A stretch of DNA of 64,000 nt, taken from NCBI RefSeq assembly GCF_001194135.2, contig NC_068984.1, positions 133,427,498 through 133,491,497 on the forward strand, in the 5' to 3' direction. Positions 37,743-52,129 of this stretch are shown in pieces. Within the stretch, counting starts at the first letter, position 1. Every line of letters begins with the position of its first letter. The notes under the pieces are model-generated. The model ran no database searches, was not told the origin of the DNA, and saw only the letters and a list, made by a program, of their open reading frames with translations. Position numbers and translations under genes: made by a program. Source of the stretch: Octopus bimaculoides. Lineage: Eukaryota.

Positions 37743-40492
37743 TAGATAGAGAGAGACCTTAGAAGAAAGTTGGTACCCATGACTTTTGTAAGGACTCCAA
37801 GACAAGTGGGAAAGGAAGGAAGAAAACATGATTCATAGATTGTTGTAAGAAGCCATATACAAAGATATCAAGTTATAAGACTTGGTATAACTGCTAGAGG
37901 GCCAGTAGTCATATTAAACCAGGTTCATACAGTATTTCTGTTTATCCTTGTTTCATTCACATGTCATGGATGGACCCTAATCATGAAACACCCTTCATAG
38001 CTACACACCCACACTAATTCACTCAAAACAACCTGTATTTACTCCAAAGCTTACCAAAATTTCATATCTTAGCATTCCGATTACCTTACCAAATGTAATG
38101 CTTATTTATTCACATAGGGTTAAATCGCACTAGTTTCAAGTATATAAAAAGTGAAAGTTATTACTAGAATGGCGAATGATGGGGATGGACGGATGCAAAA
38201 ATGTCATAGGGTGAATAACAGGAAAACTAGCCTTCTTAATGTGTGATTGTATTTCAATAATGGATCATTGTTAAGAAATAAACCACACAAAATGATACAG
38301 AAAATAACAGATATGACTAAATAGTAGATGCATGTTGAAAATTAAGTGTAGCAATTAAAGAAGCATAGTTACTAAATAATAACCTACAAAAAAACCAAAA
38401 AACAAATGGTGCAAATACTATAGAGACAATGAATGTTTCTTACATAACAATCACCTTTGGTTTGTGCTACTGATTTATTTAAACATTTTTTCCAAATAAA
38501 AAGTGAGTCGAGGAAGAGAAGCACTCATGTTTATTGAGGGTAGGACATCCTAGATTAAGTGAGATCACTGCAGTTGTTTCATTTGAATATTTGGAGTTTG
38601 GAATCTTGTGTGCGAGAGGGCAGGATAATAGTAAGCCATAGTTTAGTAATGGAATCGAGAGAAGGTTGATGATACACAGTAGGGATGATGTGTATTAAAC
38701 GAGCTTGGGTCGGGAGGGTATATACTTTTCCAGAACAAATATTATTGCAATAGTGTGTCAGTGATTGAGCCTTTTTGTTGAAGTAGTCTAAATTAATGTG
38801 TGTGTGTGGAATGACATCAGTTGTAAGCAGTGTGGGTCTCACTTGAGCATGTACAGACAGGAACTGAACAAGTGAAGTGCTTTCAGGCCGCCAAAATAAA
38901 CCTAGTCTTTGAAAGTGGTTTTAGCATTGTCGTTATTAAAAATGACAGTAAATAGGTTAATAATTCAAAAGGAAGTTGTTGGGAGCATAAACCAAAACTT
39001 AGGGTAAACCAGAATCAGGTTCAATTACACACACAGGTAGGAAAAAGCTCCGAAGCAAATTGATATTCAGAATGTTCTGGTTATGTTATTATGAAAAATA
39101 AGGTCTAATGAGACAGTGGAAAATAAGAATTAAGCAGTGGATCTCATATTTGTAAGTAATATCAACATAGAGCTAGCTTGAATATATCTAGGAAATAAGT
39201 ATAATACAGCATCAATCAATAGTACATAGGTAAGACAACAATCATCAGTCATCAAACAAAATACTGAAATCAACATAAATAGTGACATAATATGCAATAT
39301 GTAAATATGACATTTTCAATCAATTCATTTTCTCTGTTTCATCTCCATTTAATATGTCCTTATACTGGCATGCTCGGATAAAGTTAGATGGGTTGAAGGA
39401 CTGCATCATGCTTCGGCACAGTTTCTACAGCTTGATGTCCATCCTAACACCACCTACTACAATCACACCAATCCAAGAACAATACTTTTCAAACTCTCCT
39501 TGTGTTTTGTCATTAGTGACATCTTTTTGGATGGGAAGCAAACATACCTGTGCCTGCATCTATAAAATGCATATGTTTTGCACTATTTGTGTGGTGAATT
39601 TTCTACAACCAGTTACCGTTCCTGTTGCCAACCCTCACCTGTTTTAAAGTCAATTTCAGAATGTCATTTTATACAAATTTTTTTAAAAATAGCTGTAAAC
39701 ATACAGCTTTGTATACATGGTAACACCGATTCCTTCTGCATCATTCTTTTTAAACTTTTATTTCAATTAGCAAATGAGAAGAATTTGGTTGAATCTAAGA
39801 AAATTTTAACTTCCACAGACAATCCTGTATATGGCCAAGCTTCATAATCTGAAATTGCTGTTTATGTCGTTTAACATAAAAATTTTAGTGGCTTTTCATA
39901 ATCTATTCATGAAGTGTGAGGACATTATTGCAACACTATAAGTCAGTGAAATCTGAGTCACTCAATTCTGTTCTTTTATTTTCAGTTTAATAGTATCATA
40001 GAGATTACTATGTAATTCTAATGAAGAGGAATGACTGAAATTTAGATTCTAAGTAACTCATCACAAGCTTGAAATTCAGGTTATTTTCCTTTACTTAAGA
40101 AAGGAAAAATGTATTTGGTTAAAATTTATAACATAATTAGAGATTATTAAGAGAAAGTATACTACTTACAGGGTTATATATATATATATATATATATACT
40201 ATTATTTTAGGATTAACACATGTCATAAGACAACCTTACCAAATTCTATTTAGCTTCAGGAAAAATCTAAATCTGTCTGGATTGCTACACACACACACAC
40301 ACACATATATAATAAATAAAATGTATAAGGTGAATAAACCTTCAGGTCTAATTGATTTGATATTGACTATACTTTTTAGAGTAAAATAACTTTGATAAAC
40401 ACCAGATAAATATTTAAGAAGTGTCCACTGTATCTCTAATATTAACTGTGGTGCCACATTATATGCTGTACCTTGCTTTTTAGCAAGGTACT

Positions 40493-40592
<100 letters not shown>

Positions 40593-41544
40593 TGTGTGTG
40601 TGTGGAAGTGGGTATGGAATGCAGCTGTTATTTCAGAGACTGTTCATAACTTATCAAGCAAAATAGCTGATAAAATTAATGGTAAGGTGGGAGTAATCCT
40701 CTTACTGAACACTTGTTATTTACCCTGAGGGGGGTGGGAAAGGAGTTGAGGAGTGTTAATCTTTCCACACTAGAGAGGTAGGTTTTATTTACACCAATGA
40801 TTGTTGTTTTGGGCTTAAAATCTCAATCTGCATCCATCAGCTATCCTGCAATATAACTGTACACAAAACGTTATCATTACAACCTGCATGCATACATAAC
40901 AATTATAGTTAATATCAAAGAGAACAAATTATCTTGAAGAAGTCTCAATCTCTGAGTGTTAAGTAATAACACTAATTCAGTTGTATTTCTTAAATACAAA
41001 CATTTCTGGACCCAATTTCTGTGAGTTTCTTCAAACCAGTCCAGATTGAAGTAACTCAGGAGTAAATAATGGTCTGCTCCATGAATTAGACTTGGAAAAT
41101 GGCCATGATTTATCATTAAACATTATTTAAATTAATGGTGGTGGTGGAGGCCTTTCAGTGACCCCAGAGAAAGGAGGAAACAGAAAATGCCAAATGAACT
41201 TTTGAGACAAATTTTGACTCTAACAATAATTTGGGGTTCAAGGCCAGCAATCCTGAAGGGAGGGGATATTAGTTGCCAGTACTTGACTTGTAGTCTATTT
41301 TATCAATTTGAAAAGGATGAAAAGCAAAAATTGGCCTTGGTGGGATTTGAACTCAGAATGTAAAGAGCCAAAAGAAATACTGCAAGGCACGTTTTTCACT
41401 GCCAGCTCGCCATCTTACCCTTTTGATACTAACCTGTCCAAAACTACCCTGGTTCATGTTTTACAGTGATTTAAATAAAAAACTTCCATCAAAATTTTGT
41501 GCTAAAATTCGTTATGATCCAAAGAAACTTAATAATTTTCTTTT

Positions 41545-41915
41545 ATTCTTTTACTTGTTTCATTCATTTGACATTGGCCATGCTGGAGCACCACTTTTAG
41601 TTGAATAAATCAATCCCAGAACTTATTCTTTGTAAGACTAGTACCTATTCTATCTGTCTTTTTTTTTTTGCTGAACTTGTTACAGGGACGTAAACAAACT
41701 AACATTGGTTGCCAAGCGATGGTGTGTGTGTGTGCGCGACAAACAGACAGACACACACACACACACGACAGGCTTCTTTCAGTTTCCATCTACCAAATCT
41801 CAAGATTTTCGTTGGCCCGAGGCTATAGAAGACACTCGCCCAAAGTGCCACGCAGTGGGGCTGAACCTGGAACCATGTGGTTGGGAAGCAAGCTTCTTAC
41901 TACACAGTCATTCCT
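41545..41915 (-). mobile_element. CORE-like SINE copy
   Basis: Reverse-complement match to 51205-51563, including the internal (CA)n. Confidence 0.85.
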
Positions 41916-42244
41916 GTGACCGAGATATTTTACTAAATTCTTCATTATGTTAAAAGTTTAACTGAAACAAAGGCAGTGTATCTCAATAGAAATATGGCAA
42001 CAAAAGGATTAAATAACCATGATAGAATAATAATTTTAACACAGGTATAGGACCAGAACCATTCCAAGGTTGGGGGAAGAGAGAGCTAATTACCTAAATC
42101 TTCAGTACCTGACTAATTCTTTATGTTATCAACTTCAGAAAGCTGCAAGTATAAAAGTTGACAATGGTAGGATTTGAACTCGTAACATAAAGAGCTTGGG
42201 CAAATACTTCACAGAATTTCATTCATCTATGTAATAAAAATAAT

Positions 42245-43260
42245 AAGAGCACAAGGCCTGAAATTTAGGGGGAGGGGACTAGTCAATTACACTGACCCCA
42301 GTGTTTCACTGGTACTTAATTTTTTGAACCCAAAAGGATGAAGGGGCAAGTCGAACTTGGCAGAATTTGAACTCAGAATGTAAAGATGGATGAAATACTG
42401 CTAAGCATTTTACTCAGAATGCTAATGGTTCTGCCATCTCACTGCCATAATAATAAGGTTGATGTCAGTGCTGCCTGACTGGCCCCCATGCCGGTGGCAT
42501 GTAAAAAGCACCCACTACACTCTCGGAGAGGTTGGTGTTAGGATGGACATCCAGCTGTAGAAACATTGAAAGATCAGATTGGAGCCTGGTGCAGCCTCCT
42601 GTCTTGCCAGTCCTCAGTCAAATTGTCCAAACCATGCCAGTATGGAAAGTGGACATTAAATGATGATGATGATGATGATGATATTAATAATTTCAAATTT
42701 TGAAATAAGGTCACACTGTGCCAATGGCACGTAAAAAGCACTCCCTACACACTCGGAGTGGTTGGTATTAGGAAGGGCATCCAGCTGTAGAAACATTGCC
42801 AGATCGGACTGGAGCCTGGTGCAGCCTTCTAAGGCTTGCTAGCCCTCGGTCAAACCGTCCAACCCATCCAGCATGGAAAGCTGAAGTTAAACGACGATGA
42901 TGATGATGTAAATTGATTACATTGAGTCCAGTGTTCAACTGGCACTTATTTTACCGACTCTAAAAGGATGAAAGGCAAAGTTGTCCTCAGCAAGAATTTG
43001 AACTCAGAATATAAAGAGCCAGAAGAAATGCTGATAGGCATTTTGTTTGATGTGCCAACAATTCTGCCAGCTTGCCTGCCACCTTGATACAATAAGTTTT
43101 TCTACTATAGGCACAAGGCCTGAAATTTGAGGGGAGGGGGCTGGTCAGTTACATCAACCCCAGCTTATGATGTACTTATTTTATGAAAGGATGAAAAGAC
43201 GAAGCTAACTGTGGCAGAATTTGAACCCAGAAAAATGCCACTACTTGTCCAACTAGCTAA
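42245..43260. mobile_element. Cluster of three minus-strand tRNA-head SINEs and two tandem plus-strand RTE 3' ends
   Basis: SINE motif ggatgaaaggcaaag..gaatttgaactcagaa at about 42335, 42965 and 43190; two (GAT)n-terminated tails at 42465-42685 and 42715-42908. Confidence 0.8.
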
Positions 43261-43286
43261 CAAATCTACCAGCTTGTCACCTTTCT

Positions 43287-43323
<37 letters not shown>

Positions 43324-46216
43324 TCCAACCAATCTGTGGAAGTTTCCCATACAACTCTATACTCAGTACATTCAAGATTGGTAAACTGGAATGTACCAGC
43401 ACAGTAGCTATATTCAAATGGTCTATTAGTACATATACAGTACAGGATTTAAACCAAATGAACGGAAATAAATTCCACACTAATGCTATAATAGATTGGC
43501 ATGTGGTGATGGTGGCTTTCATGATGATAGTTGGTTAAAAATCAACTGGCAAGCTTCCCATGATGATTGACTAATATAGGTGGGTGTGAATTATAAATGA
43601 CTAACATCTGTATTTCAATGGCAGTGATAACACCATAGAAAATTTTAATGTTATCACTATCAAAAGAAAAAAAAGTCTTCCTATTTTACAGGAGCATAGA
43701 GAATCCCCATATCTCAAAAGCAGATTAATCTTACGTCATAGCAATACAATGCACTGCAAAAAAAAATAGAAAAATGAAAAATAAATTATAAAACACAACC
43801 ATATAATTTTCACATTATTTAAAGAAAACTAAACAGAGAAACGAATTAAAGCTCTACGTGAAATTATTTTCTAATTGCGGGTTTACCATAAACAAGTTGG
43901 TCACAAGTACTGGACCATCATCGATGATTGAAAAGAGCTCCTTGGCACGCTTTATTGAGTAATAAATTAAGAGAGCAGAAAATTTTATTAAAATCATATA
44001 CCCCTTCATCTAGAATTGTGTAAGTAGTTGAAAAGATTCGTAAATCTGTTTGTAAGTAAATATCAAGGAAAGCCTTGGACATAAACTTAAGCCTACCATT
44101 CTAAAGATTATTTTTCATGTGTATGGATTACTGGTTTAGAGCAGAGATAGAAGCAGGTATTAGATTCTGTGCTCCTATAAAGCATGAAGACTAGAACAAA
44201 TGCCAGTGACAAAAAACAGCTCTGTACAAACTAGTTTACAGGTCAGCCAATCGGCCAAACAATTGAATAAAACAATTGCCATTTAAAATTAAGTGTAAAT
44301 GTAGGCAATTTTCGCGAAGGAAGCAAAACGGTAGCAGTAGTTCCCCCTCACCCTGTGTGTCCAATTAGATTGTGGGTGGTAAATTAACAAACTGTTGGCG
44401 TTAGGAAGAAAAAGTAGCACTAAAATAGGCAGGTGGGGTGGGGACACGAAGATGGTGATCTTAAGGCATGAGAGAAGCACTGTATGTAAGAGTGTGAGCG
44501 TGCATGTGTTTGTAGAGAAGGGATTTGAAAGAACTAATGTTAAATCAACCTTGAAACTGGTCATCATCCAAGACCCTTAATATTATCTAGCATATAAAAG
44601 AACTGAGGTTAAAACAGAACATATCTTAGGAAACACAATGTAATGTGAGCCACACACACACACACATATACTTGTGAGCACACTGTGTTAGAACACTAAA
44701 CAATAGAGATACTGGATTCGCAGAAGAAAACCAAGTCTAGAGAAGTAATTATATCACAATGACTATCACAATATATATTACACACACAAACTTCTTTTGG
44801 CGATGCCCCAGCACATAGCCAGCCAATGGCATTTACCAAACCAGTAAAAGACTAAAAGAGTGTATAAGCGTGTGTGTGTGAGATAGCGTACATCTCATTA
44901 ATTGATCCCCACTGAAAATTTTCAATAACTGTCGCCTCATGAAAGCCAGCCCTGCACTCCACCCAGTTTCCAATAACATAACTAGTTCTTTTAGTATTTT
45001 TAAGTTCATACGAGTTGAATAATGAGTCATAGAGAATTGTGTGGGGACCTGTGCAACAGACATGCCAGGGAAAAAGAACCGGATGATGATACCATAACTG
45101 TTGGAACTTCAAACTAGCAATGGTTATAATGCTGTAAGGCTTTCAAATGTTAGCTGTCTGCGTATAAATAAGTAAATCAATACAACTGAGCTAGACTGGT
45201 CACAACACACACACACACACACTCTGCTTGGTATACTATCAGCTGCTGGTAACACAATTCTGCTAAAGTGTAGCTGGTGAGCCAACAATACACTACTCTA
45301 CTGATGCTGATTGTGTCAGGATGCCAGTAGCTCACCTGAGACAGCGAGAAGACAACTGAAATATGTGAAATGACACTAACATCCATCATGATTGTGGTGG
45401 CAGTAGTCGTAGTAGAAGAAACAGTATAAATATGGTAAGAGGCTGGTAAGCAAATAGTATTCCTTATGCTTGTTGGAAAGAAGTTAATCTTGGAAGAAAA
45501 GTATAAGAGTAAGGAAAAGAAAAAAATTCAAAAGAATATGATAGTGAACCATCCCATTAAACTGATAAAAAGAAATGGATGAGAGAGAAAGAGAGAGAGA
45601 GAGAGATATAACCGCACAATAGAGTGAGATATGTATGGAGAGTAAAAGGAAAAGGAGAAAGAATAGATAGATAAATAGAAATGAAGAATGTCAGAGTGAG
45701 AGAGGGAGGGGGAGAAGGGACAGAAAAAAGCAAGGAGCTACAAAGAGTGTGTGCACAGGGCTACAGAGTCATGGCATTTGTGAGGGTAGCAACAGAATTT
45801 GCAAAGGGTCACACTATGTGAAGGAAAGAGTGTATGGAGAACAGCCATAGTAGAGAGAGAGAGAGTGTGTGAGAAAACGAGGAATTGCGAAAAGCTATGG
45901 TGAAGAGAAAGAGTAAAAAAAAAAAAACTACGATGAATAGAAAGAGAGATAGAGAGGGAAAGAGGGAGGGAGAGAGTGTATATGTGGTTAGTGAGGAGTG
46001 TCACTGTACCAGATATAGCAGCCAACATGACAGTTATTTTGCAACCAATCAGATGCGATGACCGCCTCCAAACAGCTGCAAAGATAGGCAAATAGAGCTG
46101 GCAGCAGTGTGGCGAAGGAAAAGCAGGTAGAGAGAGACAGATGTAGACGACAAATGCAGATATACAGACAGACTGACATAGCCTGGCGAAAACACACTGA
46201 CATATAAAGCTACACC

Positions 46217-46256
<40 letters not shown>

Positions 46257-46824
46257 CATACACATACACATAGATTCACGTAGTGTAAGCGATTGAGGAG
46301 GACAAGACAGCACAACAGACGTAGTCTCACTTATATTACAAGTGTTAGTGTGACCAGCTAAGAAGGACATGCTAAAACAACCATAGTACGCGTGGAGGAA
46401 CCAGTTTTCGCTTTCCTACACTACGTACAACTACCCGCTTCGCTTTCTAAAAGTCATTCCCTTATTTTTGTGTGTGGGAGGCAGACGTTTCTTGGTTTTA
46501 ATTGTCATGAACACGTGGAGCCATGTATGTATAAAAGAGCGTACTAGGCAGGGAATGCTGGGGAGAAAACGGGTAGAATTAGGAAAGAGAAGAGAAGAGA
46601 AGGCAGAGAGAGAGAGAGTAAACTTTAGGAGTGTGCGTGTGTGAGTGCGCGGAAGAAACTGAATGGGGAGAGGAAAAGAAGTGTGAGGTATGTAGAGAGA
46701 GTATGGGAGAAAACGAGTGGGGAAAAGGCAAAAGTGAATATATAGAAGAATGTGTGTGTGTGTGTGTGTGTGTGTGTATACATGTTTAAGTGTTAGAGCT
46801 TTCTCACCTTATCATATGTGAGGA

Positions 46825-46862
<38 letters not shown>

Positions 46863-47955
46863 AAAATACTATCTACTAGGAGCAGGATTAGTCAGTGAGT
46901 GAACCTGAGAACAATTGCAGTTCAACTTGAAAACATTCCTTTAAGCAGACATCATTAATACTCTTTACATGTGAAGAGTCGGTCTCAGCACACGCTTATG
47001 CTATGTTAATGTCTGTGTAATACACGCACACACAAACACACACACACACATTTAAAATGCTTGTTTAGCACATATTTATTACAACCAGAATTAGCAACGA
47101 TTTTTTTTCTTTTACTCTTTTCTTCTTTCATTTCACATTAATATAATGATTTCCTGCGAAGGAATGAGTCCACACCTTTTTGGGAAGTGTTGTAATTAAT
47201 TTAATCAAATCCAACAATATGACAGTTATTCTAAGCCCGGAAGGACAAGAAATGTCAACACCAGCAATATTTGTAATAAAAATACAAAGCACTGGTATTT
47301 TATCCAGCGCTCTACCGATTCTGTCAGGAATTACTGGTTCAGGCACAAGTCAGCACCCATCCTGCAGACTTTTAGATCACAAACACTCCAGACACGACCA
47401 TCTTTATTGTTAAGTCAGATAATGCCTCTAGTACTAATGTACCAACATAACCTTCTTTTCTCATTGCTAGTATTAGTATAATTTTAATATTTCGAGCAGG
47501 GCTCTTAATCACAAATTTTATTTGTTTATATATAAAATACATAAATCCTGAAAAGGGCATCAGTAACAAAATAATTTTTAATAAATCTGAGAATTCAGGT
47601 TGTCAGCCAGCTAGGCAGAATTAAGCAGTTACAAAATCTTTGATAACATCTGTACTAACACACACACACACACCTCTACACAGATTTCTTATAATGGAAT
47701 GTACGGTTACAATACAGTAGTTTGCAATCATAGTTGATTTATCAGATTTATTCAGTGTATATATATTAGTCAAACAAAATGCTATGCAACATTTAGCCCT
47801 GAATTTTTTATGTTCTGAGTTTGAATTCCACTGAGATCAACCCAACTTTGCCTTTCAACAGTCCTGGATTGATAAAACAAAGTACCCATCAACCAGAGTG
47901 TTGATTAAATCGACTGTTCCACATCCACCTAAATTTCTGGCCTTGAGGTTATGCA

Positions 47956-47988
<33 letters not shown>

Positions 47989-50709
47989 CTCTTTATCATC
48001 TTATTACTTTATATCTCTATTTCTACATTAACCTGGCATTGCTCCAAATGTGTAAAATACAGGCAAATTAGCACTATAAGATCAATGAGCTAATACTTTT
48101 TATGAAGCAGACACAATTAGAAGAGCTTGATGTTCTGTCTAGTCAAGTGCTATTGTCTTTCAGTGTAAAAAAAATATATTTAAGCATAAACAATGTTATT
48201 GTAAGCTGATCTGTAGAAACAGTATACAAAATCTTTGACCCTGGCTCCTTGATTTATGGTATCTCTGACTCCCCTATTTGTATTAGACTATCATATATCT
48301 CTTACATTGAACAGAAGGCACACAATACACAATAGGCCTAACCTGTTAAAAATTGGGTTTAAAGCTCTTGTGGCTTCTTTATAATTATTTATTTAAGAAA
48401 TTGTAAACAAGTAAATGTAGACAAAACTTACAAATTTAAAAGAAACTCTTTTCATTAAGTAAGTAAATGATATATAAAAAAAAACTAAATGAAAATCGAA
48501 ATCAACTTTGTTAGTTAAATAAATCTTAGCATACAACCTAGTTAGGTACATGCTTTTTGAGATTAAAGCTTTGATTGAATAAAAAAACTGAAGTGAATGT
48601 AAAATATTTCATTAAATGGAAGAAACATATTGTAAAAGACTGAAAAGTTTATCTCTTATAAAATTTATTAAAAGAAACATTGTATCTATAGTATGTAGGA
48701 ATTAAACCCAAAACCCAAATCCAAAATTTATTAAAATCTTATTCTTAGAAATAGAATTGCTTCTACCAATTCCATCCCAACAGAAGCTCTCTCATATATA
48801 TAAATAAAACCCCACAAAGAACTTGGGTATCATATGCAAAGTTGGGCCCATATTAGATGCTTTTTGCATTTAGAGTTGGCACATTTTTTACAGATTACAA
48901 CTAAAACAGTCCTGGTTGGAAGTAAAAGACAGCAAAAGGATTTCCCTCAATAAATCAAGCTGAAAACTAAACACATGGCTGAAGCTATATGACTTCACTT
49001 GTGATGATAATCTTGTACAATCGCATTTTGACTCATAAATCTAGAGCTCTGTATTAGAGGGGAGAGGAGAATCTACATTAGCAGAGATGCAGCTTGCAGC
49101 CGATCAATTTTTTTTAATGTCTTTGAAGTAGAGCTTAACTCAATCACTAGTTATGAGAACACATTGAATAAAACAGGAATTATTAAATAAATGGAGCCTA
49201 AATAGAGTAAAAATCTAAACATATAAACACAAATGTTTTAATGCTTGTTTTTCCAAACGGCATGAGTTGGAAGGGTCTGTTTCCTAGCATATTGCTATTT
49301 GCTTTGGTTTATTCAATTCTTCAGTAAAATTCATCACCATGAGATCTGACTCCCACCACATCTTGTGTATTTCTCAGTGGGAGAGGTATGCACATGTGCA
49401 CACACACACACACACACAGCATATTTCATCCAGTACTCATCCATTTGCATCACAAGCCCATACCAGCCGTCAGCCTTCCCACACACACATTAGCCGATGC
49501 TTTCAACTTAACATCACTCATCCAACAGATTATGTTTGCTTCATTTCTTTCCAGATCTTCCAAATTCCATGCTCATTTCCATACAATATGACAGTTGTAT
49601 TAGACATGTCAGTCTGCCCTTCATGCAAAGACAGAAAACTCTTTGTTGCCAACAACCTTCAATGAAATTGCTACATTTCTATACCTCTGTGACTACTCAA
49701 CAGCAATGTATATGGAAATTTGAACTTTCAAAAGGTTGACTAGAGAATGTCACTCAAGTTACATAACTTAATGAAACCGTATCAAGAGGATTACACTGAT
49801 ATTCATTATTCACTTTTAAACAGAAAATGGCTGCCTGGATGACTAAAAACGACAGTCCTAGTGCTACAAGAATATTATGCAATTTTCTCTCGGTCAAAAT
49901 AGTGGAACTTCATCATGGGGAAGAAAAGCAAACATTTATAATTAATAATAAACAGCCTGGGTTATTAAAGGCAAGACAAGACAAATTCAAACAAAATCCT
50001 ATCATTCACATTGTACAAAAAAAAATTCATCTGATAAACAAATCAGTTCAATTTGATAATTTTTTTGACAGCAATAACCCCAAACTACATCCATGTCGAA
50101 ATGTATTTTATGTGAGTCATCATGATCATGTCCATTATCCCATGCATATATATTTGTATTTTTATATTAGAATAATATAGAGGAAATCTCCTCTAGATTC
50201 ATTTTCGAAATTAACATGAAACAATGTTAACTTGATAATCTAGTTAGAAACACATGTGAGGAAGAGGAGAAGATGGATAGGCTGTAAGTTTAGTTGAAAT
50301 AAATGCTTTACTTTAGTTCCAGTGCCTCATATTTTGGCATACAAATCTGATTGGAGTTGATTTGCATTTATTCTGGTTAAGATCAAATCCTATTCATACA
50401 CTGAGTTCAATAATTCTGGAATGTTATCAGGATAATTACACAATATCTTTTAAGTGTAAAATTGTAGAAATTATCTTACAAGTTTAGATCACACTCAAGA
50501 AACTTAGAATTGAATAGTAAATTATTTTTAAAAAGACAGCAATTAAATCAATTTGATTATTAAATAACTAAATTTTTTTAAAAAGGCTTCCCAACTGTAA
50601 GTATAAGCAGTACATCTACAGGTTGAAAAAAAAAAAAAAAATATTACACAACTGCTTACTTGCTATGGTATTTCTCAGAGCCAAAAATAAATAATTCAAC
50701 CAAGCAACA

Positions 50710-51200
50710 GTCTACAATATGGAAAAATAAGAGAGAAAGAAAAATTGTTTCATAATGTGGATGGTGATGCAATTCTTTCAATAATTAGCATTCTAGATCA
50801 GATTCAGAAGAAAACCATGGCTGATTTTTTTCATCCCTTGATGTACTCTATACTATTTCTTCTATACCAGATATCTTCAATGCCATTTCTCCCAATGCTT
50901 TCTTATTCTCTCAGCCAAACTTTAGCATGTAGTTCTTCATCCAAATATTTTCCCCCTCCACGTGTTCCTCAAAGACATAAACCTCAGCCTGTTCAAATTC
51001 CAGATTAACTAGAACAATTTTACTTAGGTGGTGAGAAATGCAATTGGAGATTTCTGGCATAGTAGCAAGAGTACAAGGAATCAAAAATCAGCCAGGATTT
51101 TCTTCTGAATCTGGTCGAGAATGCCAATTATTGAAAGAATTGCCCCATCCAGATTATGAAACAATTTTTTCCCTCTTATTTATTTTTGCATATTGTAGAC
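50710..51200. mobile_element. Foldback/MITE-like element with ~120-bp inverted arms
   Basis: 50710-50828 is the imperfect reverse complement of 51084-51200; spacer about 255 bp. Confidence 0.8.
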
Positions 51201-51204
51201 AGCT

Positions 51205-51563
51205 ATAGGCGCAGGAGTGGCTGTGTGGTAAGTAGCTTGCTTACCAACCACATGGTTCCGGGTTCGGTCCCACTGCGTGGCACCTTGGGTCAACCAAAGT
51301 CTTGTGAGTGGATTTGGTAGACGGAAACTGAAAGAAGCCCGTCGTATATATGTGTGTGCTTGTGTGTCTGTGTTTGTCCCCACAACATAGCTTGACAACC
51401 GATGCTGGTGTATTCATGTCCCCATAACTTAGCGGTTCGGCAAAAGTGACGAATAGAATAAGTACTAGGCTTAGAAAGAATAAGTCCTGGGGTCGATTTG
51501 CTCGACTAAAGGCTGTGCTCCAGCATGGCCGCAGTCAAATGACTGAAACAAGTAAAAGAGAGA
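51205..51563 (+). mobile_element. CORE-like tRNA-derived SINE, best-preserved copy
   Basis: ataggcgcaggagtggctgtgtggtaagtagc...gggttcggtccc...(TG)n...gcagtcaaatgactgaaacaagtaaaagag; CpGs retained. Confidence 0.9.
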
Positions 51564-52129
51564 GTTGATTCCCTTTCCTCAAGTTTCTTTCTCTGCTAAT
51601 CAAATTCAGCCCCTCAACTTATCCTTCAATGACATTCTAAAAATAAACAATCACATCATCGAAATCACAAAGCTATGAAATAATGCATAATTTAAAACAC
51701 GAATAATATTCAATAGAGTAACCTGGATGCTGAATATAAGTTATTTACTCTAAAGAAGCGAGTGAAGGGAATGCTTTTATTTTCTTTACATGCAGTTAAA
51801 AGTTCACATTGGTCAGCTCTGTACAGTTTGCTGTTATAGTGGAAAGTTAGGTAGAGATGTGTGCTAGTACTAATATTACTCTCACTTTATATGTCATCAG
51901 TCAGTAAGTCAAGCAAAGGTGTATACATACAGAAAAGACTTAAATGTTAACCTATTTAAGGCATCACCAAGAAGGCCACATGTCGGCAAGAATGTGGATT
52001 TGTTTTGGGCTCTTGTGTTCTATGGTGTAGAGGTGATGCGGTGATTGGCAGGTAGTTTTGACAGAACAGCCACAAAGTACAGCTTGAAGATGAATCTCCA
52101 GAAGCTTGAAGGAAGTTCTTCAACTAAGT

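Noticed and set aside
39750-39850. Possible extra minus-strand exon in the MRTO4 intron (YEAWPYTGLSVEVKIFLD...)
   Set aside because: All frames end in stops, and MRTO4 is already contiguous from 60759 to 31527 without it.
43741-43754. 10-nt miR-33-like match (GTGCATTGTA on the minus strand)
   Set aside because: Intronic, with no hairpin partner; a match this short is expected by chance.
47128-47569. Overlapping ORFs on both strands downstream of the putative promoter
   Set aside because: No recognisable domain or consistent splice signals.
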